From: a phage
Length of the DNA: 64,000 bases
Reading direction: 5' to 3' (one strand)
Sequence record: PX436236.1
Shown: piece by piece, positions 60,515-64,000 of the stretch
How the letters are laid out: each line of letters starts with the position of its first letter
Position numbering within the stretch: position 1 is the stretch's first letter
Notes under the pieces: generated by a model
The model's database searches: none
What the model saw: only the letters and a program-made list of their open reading frames with translations
What the model was told of the DNA's origin: nothing
Made by a program: the position numbers and the translations under genes

Positions 60515-60858
60515 TATTTTTGTAGCTGTTCTAAAATAAATCCGCTGGTGTAAAGGCTTGCATTATACAGGCGGTCAAGAGATAACGAATCCAATCCATA
60601 AGCTTCACGAATTGCATTGATAACACTTTCATAACTTGTATAATAAACGTCACGATAATCGCGGTCCATAGTCATGCGGAACTTAATAAATTTGTAGAAA
60701 CCAGTTTCAGGGTCCTGATAGAATGCAAATTCTGCAGACGCTAAATTTTTAAGGTTAACAGCTTTTGTGTCACCCGAATAACTTAAATCAAATGTTTCTG
60801 ACATGCTAATCTGTTTAAAGAACATAATGTTGCGATTACCAAAAAATAATTTAGACAT
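60514..60858 (-). CDS. Hypothetical protein (ndd.1 region)
   Basis: 114 aa from internal ATG with RBS AAGGAAAA. Confidence 0.5.
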   Translation of the reverse strand: MSKLFFGNRNIMFFKQISMSETFDLSYSGDTKAVNLKNLASAEFAFYQDPETGFYKFIKFRMTMDRDYRDVYYTSYESVINAIREAYGLDSLSLDRLYNASLYTSGFILEQLQK

Positions 60859-60868
60859 AATATTTTCC

Positions 60869-61081
60869 TTATTCAGCGTCAACAGAAATAGCCATCAGTT
60901 CATCAACAGTAAGGCATTGCACACTAGGGCCTACACAAAAACGCTTAGTTGAATCATAAAGGTCTGTAGCATTAACAGGTTGTAATTCAGTCCCAACTTG
61001 CAAAGGAGAAATGCGAATCAGTTGTTGGCCATTATGCAATACAAAGCTCTCGCCGACTACCACATCTTTAAAAAGTTTCAT
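60869..61081 (-). CDS. Hypothetical protein
   Basis: 70 aa from internal ATG with conserved leader GAGGAAAATATT. Confidence 0.5.
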   Translation of the reverse strand: MKLFKDVVVGESFVLHNGQQLIRISPLQVGTELQPVNATDLYDSTKRFCVGPSVQCLTVDELMAISVDAE

Positions 61082-61091
61082 AATATTTTCC

Positions 61092-61208
61092 TCAGAAGTT
61101 AAAGAATACACGTACATGGTCAATCATAAAAACGATTGGGAAAATGCTCAATACCATTAACAACACAAACATGTTCCAAATTGCTTTAAGTAAGTTTTTC
61201 ATAATCAT
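61092..61208 (-). CDS. Small hydrophobic peptide
   Basis: 38 aa ORF (MIMKNLLKAIWNMFVLLMVLSIFPIVFMIDHVRVFFNF) with RBS GGAG; below the track cutoff. Confidence 0.35.
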   Translation of the reverse strand: MIMKNLLKAIWNMFVLLMVLSIFPIVFMIDHVRVFFNF

Positions 61209-61228
61209 CTCCATTAGTTGATAGGTCT

Positions 61229-61257
61229 ATAATACCATGATTAATGGAGATGTATAC
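61229..61257 (-). promoter_or_regulatory. Early promoter cassette
   Basis: Minus-strand GTATAC-N17-TATTAT in the conserved GTTGATAGGTCTAT motif. Confidence 0.5.
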
Positions 61258-61347
61258 TGATTTATGCCAATTTCCACAACAATAAACTAAAACATACGCA
61301 AATCACTGGGATACAGGCCATCCAAATAAGGCACCACATTTTGCTAC

Positions 61348-61614
61348 TCAAAACACCACCTCTTTTATCTCAATTAATCCCCTGTGCAATGCAGTACGAA
61401 GGTCATAAAGAATATCTATGCCGTCAACATTATCCAGTTTTCCATCAATAAGCTTTTCTAAATCTTCCTTTGATGCGATTAAGGGACGGAGAAATTTACA
61501 TTCAGAAAGAGATAACTCTGTAGTAACATCACCACCTTCACCTGATGCATCATACATAGCGGCAACAACCATACCTGTAACTTTGTGTTTAGCGTAATAT
61601 AATTTGATATCCAT
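61348..61614 (-). CDS. Hypothetical protein
   Basis: 88 aa ORF with conserved early leader. Confidence 0.5.
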   Translation of the reverse strand: MDIKLYYAKHKVTGMVVAAMYDASGEGGDVTTELSLSECKFLRPLIASKEDLEKLIDGKLDNVDGIDILYDLRTALHRGLIEIKEVVF

Positions 61615-61642
61615 TTTGTTCTCCTCATTAGTTGATAGGAAG

Positions 61643-61671
61643 ATAGTAACACCGTCCGTGGCATTATAACT
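61643..61671 (-). promoter_or_regulatory. Degenerate early promoter cassette
   Basis: Conserved TACTAT -10 and leader, but the -35 region is replaced by AGTTAT/TATAAT-like sequence. Confidence 0.35.
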
Positions 61672-61898
61672 TAAGCAACAGAATGTTTTGGATGCTGTTT
61701 AGCCCAACCTACTAAAAATTCCCAATACTTTTCGATAGAACCGTAAAGATTAATTACTGTAGGAGTGGTAACTTCAGTCCAATCTTTTTGAACATTACCC
61801 GTTTTAATATTGGTAAGCTTGTGAAACACTTTACCATTCTCAAATTTATATTCTTCGATTTTACGATTGATTGCTTTAACATAAGTAATAGAAGTCAT
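61671..61898 (-). CDS. Hypothetical protein
   Basis: 75 aa from internal ATG with conserved leader GAGGAAAATATT. Confidence 0.5.
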   Translation of the reverse strand: MTSITYVKAINRKIEEYKFENGKVFHKLTNIKTGNVQKDWTEVTTPTVINLYGSIEKYWEFLVGWAKQHPKHSVA

Positions 61899-61929
61899 AA
61901 TATTTTCCTCTCGTGTAGTTGATAGGAAG

Positions 61930-61959
61930 ATAGTAACACCATCCATGGCGTATGTAAAT
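61930..61959 (-). promoter_or_regulatory. Early promoter cassette
   Basis: Minus-strand ATTTAC-N18-TACTAT. Confidence 0.5.
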
Positions 61960-61973
61960 ACTATTTTAAAAAT

Positions 61974-62531
61974 TTATAAGGCGAGATACCAGCCGTTGTA
62001 ATTACTCTTACGGACTAGCTTTGTGATGGCTTCTCTGTCACCAGAGAACTTAGGAGTGAACAGGACGTCGCCTGCCTCATTTACTGAAGTGTCGAATATA
62101 ATTATACAGTCTGCAACTTTATGATTCAGGAGCGGTCCCAGGTTAATCCCTGTTCCATACGGGAAGTCACCAGAGTATCCTGTAGTGCAGGAAATCCACT
62201 TAGAATCTGATTGGTGGGTCTTAACCTCTACACGAAGTCCACAGTACATAGGATGCGCTAAAACATCCCAGGCATAGGTATAAGGGTCATCATGGTCTTC
62301 CAGACCACTGTTAACGTATCCTTTCAACCAATCAGCCACCATATACTCGGCATACGTTGCAATGACACACCGAGTCAATACTTCTTTCTTATCTTGGGAC
62401 GGGTCTTGGCTTAAGGAATACAATACGGTGTCCTTAATCTTGACCTTCATTTCACCTGTTAAATCAGATGTCTTCAGGGTAAATGTCGGCATCTTCGACA
62501 GTCGAACTAGTCCCGGATTTGACGGATTCAT
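61974..62531 (-). CDS. denB: Endonuclease IV DenB-like
   Basis: Start at the ATG with RBS GGTGGTGA gives 185 aa, equal to T4 DenB length; position between ndd and rIIB; sequence not verified from memory. Confidence 0.55.
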   Translation of the reverse strand: MNPSNPGLVRLSKMPTFTLKTSDLTGEMKVKIKDTVLYSLSQDPSQDKKEVLTRCVIATYAEYMVADWLKGYVNSGLEDHDDPYTYAWDVLAHPMYCGLRVEVKTHQSDSKWISCTTGYSGDFPYGTGINLGPLLNHKVADCIIIFDTSVNEAGDVLFTPKFSGDREAITKLVRKSNYNGWYLAL

Positions 62532-62781
62532 AATCACCACCAATATACAATTCTTCGACGTGAACATTACCAAAATAGATACGAGAGTTTTCACTCAATT
62601 TACTGTGGTCTAATTTTTTAAGGTTTTCAATTGAATCAAAAATCACGTCTGCGGCGAAAAGATGGCCCGTGGCTTTATCGGATTTGATTACATCTACACA
62701 ATAAACCTTATCTACCACATGGTTACCTTGGAGATATGAATTTTTGATATCTTCGTCGCCAACATTCATATAATTAATCAT
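62464..62781 (-). CDS. Hypothetical protein
   Basis: 105 aa from ATG with RBS GGTGAG; overlaps the proposed denB start by about 68 nt. Confidence 0.45.
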   Translation of the reverse strand: MINYMNVGDEDIKNSYLQGNHVVDKVYCVDVIKSDKATGHLFAADVIFDSIENLKKLDHSKLSENSRIYFGNVHVEELYIGGDYESVKSGTSSTVEDADIYPEDI

Positions 62782-62782
62782 T

Positions 62783-62980
62783 TTACTCACCGAAATAAGA
62801 AATACGAACTTCTAAACAATGAGCATAAGCACCCATCGCGTCCAGTTGGGCAATCAGTAACCCTTGTTGACGGATATCAAGAGTTTCAAAAACACCACCT
62901 TCAATAAAGGTTTCTAGTGCGTTAATTTTAAGAACCAACTGGTCGTATTCTTCAACTACACGTGCTTGGTAACCTAACAT
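62783..62980 (-). CDS. Hypothetical protein
   Basis: 65 aa ORF with RBS GAGG directly downstream of rIIB. Confidence 0.5.
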   Translation of the reverse strand: MLGYQARVVEEYDQLVLKINALETFIEGGVFETLDIRQQGLLIAQLDAMGAYAHCLEVRISYFGE

Positions 62981-62992
62981 AATTCCTCATTA

Positions 62993-63008
62993 GGAGGCCG
63001 AAGCCTCC
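62993..63008 (-). promoter_or_regulatory. C(UUCG)G hairpin after rIIB
   Basis: mRNA-sense GGAGGC-UUCG-GCCUCC, identical to the hairpin at 25784-25799; no U tract; next RBS follows immediately. Confidence 0.5.
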
Positions 63009-63017
63009 GTTATTTAT

Positions 63018-63986
63018 TTAGTATTTGTATTCGTTTGCGAACTGTTCGGTGACGTCTTCCAGAACTTCATAATAACATACACGCATTTTAGCATCACCGT
63101 AATCGACCGGAATACTAACAACATCACGTGGGTTAACTTTACATGAAACCACTTTACAGCTTGAGTTACCAAAATGACCGATATAACTACGAGAGCAAAC
63201 GTGCAGACCACTTGAACAGGTTACTTCATCATCGTCATTTACACGAGAACGAGGCATTTTAACCGGTTTGCCTGGTGAGTTATCAAACGTACCGGTACGG
63301 CAGTCGGTGTAATCGGAGTTAACCACCTTCCACGTAATAAAGTGACCATCTTCAGTAATTTTGATGTCGTTTGCCACCAAGAAGTCGAACAAACGTTGTA
63401 CAGCTTTTTCGCTTGGGTTTTCTAACAGGTTCTCAAGGAACGGCAGGTAGAATTCGAAGTCTTCACCGTTTTCCATTGAAGTGATAATACGGTCAATCAA
63501 CCCTGAACGCAATTCAATGCCTTGGTAAACCAGACGTCCACCTTCAATACGAACGTTGCCTTTAACAAAGGCCTTAACGGCTTCTTTAATGGAAATCAGT
63601 TTAATCGCGTCATCGAAACGAGATTCTTTAAGAGCCTGTACGATGGCATCAAAATGTTTGTTCTTATTAGTGGTGTTCCATACTGTACGACCTTCAGTGA
63701 TGGATACGAATTTAGAACTCGCGTTCCAGATAATTTCAGGGCGAGAGCCGCCAATAGTAACTTCAACGGGAACTTCACGAGGCTCGTTAGGAACTGTTAC
63801 TTTGATATTTCCGGTAATAACTACCTGGGCCTGTCCAGCTCCTTTAGCATTTTTCAGGACTTTACGGATTGTATCAACTGATACACTGTACCAGTCAGCC
63901 AACTCATTCTGAGTATAATTACCAGAAATATATAACTTAACGATTTCAACTTGCTCAGCGGAGGTCAAACACTTAATATTGTACAT
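63018..63986 (-). CDS. rIIB: rIIB membrane-associated protein
   Basis: 322 aa; N- and C-termini match remembered T4 rIIB (MYNIKCLT..EQ.EIVKLY.SGNYTQ.ELADW, KPVKMPRSRVNDDD, CYYEVLEDVTEQF). Confidence 0.9.
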   Translation of the reverse strand: MYNIKCLTSAEQVEIVKLYISGNYTQNELADWYSVSVDTIRKVLKNAKGAGQAQVVITGNIKVTVPNEPREVPVEVTIGGSRPEIIWNASSKFVSITEGRTVWNTTNKNKHFDAIVQALKESRFDDAIKLISIKEAVKAFVKGNVRIEGGRLVYQGIELRSGLIDRIITSMENGEDFEFYLPFLENLLENPSEKAVQRLFDFLVANDIKITEDGHFITWKVVNSDYTDCRTGTFDNSPGKPVKMPRSRVNDDDEVTCSSGLHVCSRSYIGHFGNSSCKVVSCKVNPRDVVSIPVDYGDAKMRVCYYEVLEDVTEQFANEYKY

Positions 63987-64000
63987 AATATTTCCTTAGA

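Noticed and set aside
40300-62000. Repeated about 45-bp intergenic motif considered as a CRISPR-like array or transposon terminal repeats
   Set aside because: Copies are irregularly spaced, each precedes a gene start, and each contains -35/-10/RBS elements; they are promoter cassettes, not CRISPR repeats or IS ends.

Overview
This window is a contiguous segment of a T4-like (Tevenvirinae) myovirus genome, syntenic with T4 from gene 24 through rIIB. All calls come from reading the sequence and the ORF track against remembered T4 protein sequences and gene order; no database search was run. Gene content in order: two tandem gp24 vertex-protein genes, rnlB, hoc, inh, uvsW/uvsW.1, uvsY, baseplate hub genes 25-26 and 51-27-28-29-48-54, three tandem Alt-like ADP-ribosyltransferase genes, DNA ligase, a block of small early genes, rIII, gene 31, cd, pseT, spanins, alc, rnlA, denA, nrdB, nrdA, td, frd, 32, 59, 33, dsbA, rnh, long tail fibre genes 34-37, a T2/T6-type gp38 adhesin, holin t, asiA, motA, 52, ac-like, stp, ndd, denB and rIIB. 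Regulatory signals are dense and readable: TATAAATA late promoters upstream of late genes, about 15 copies of an early-promoter cassette on the minus strand, MotA-box middle promoter candidates, and many GC hairpins with UUCG loops in mRNA sense. No tRNA, CRISPR array, intron or intact homing endonuclease was found. The most unusual features relative to T4 are the Alt triplication with divergent catalytic domains, the duplicated gp24, a NADAR/YbiA-like plus HAD-like gene pair next to ligase, and the recombining promoter cassettes. I could not identify a clearly novel multi-gene system with confidence; the candidates are listed as findings with explicit tests.
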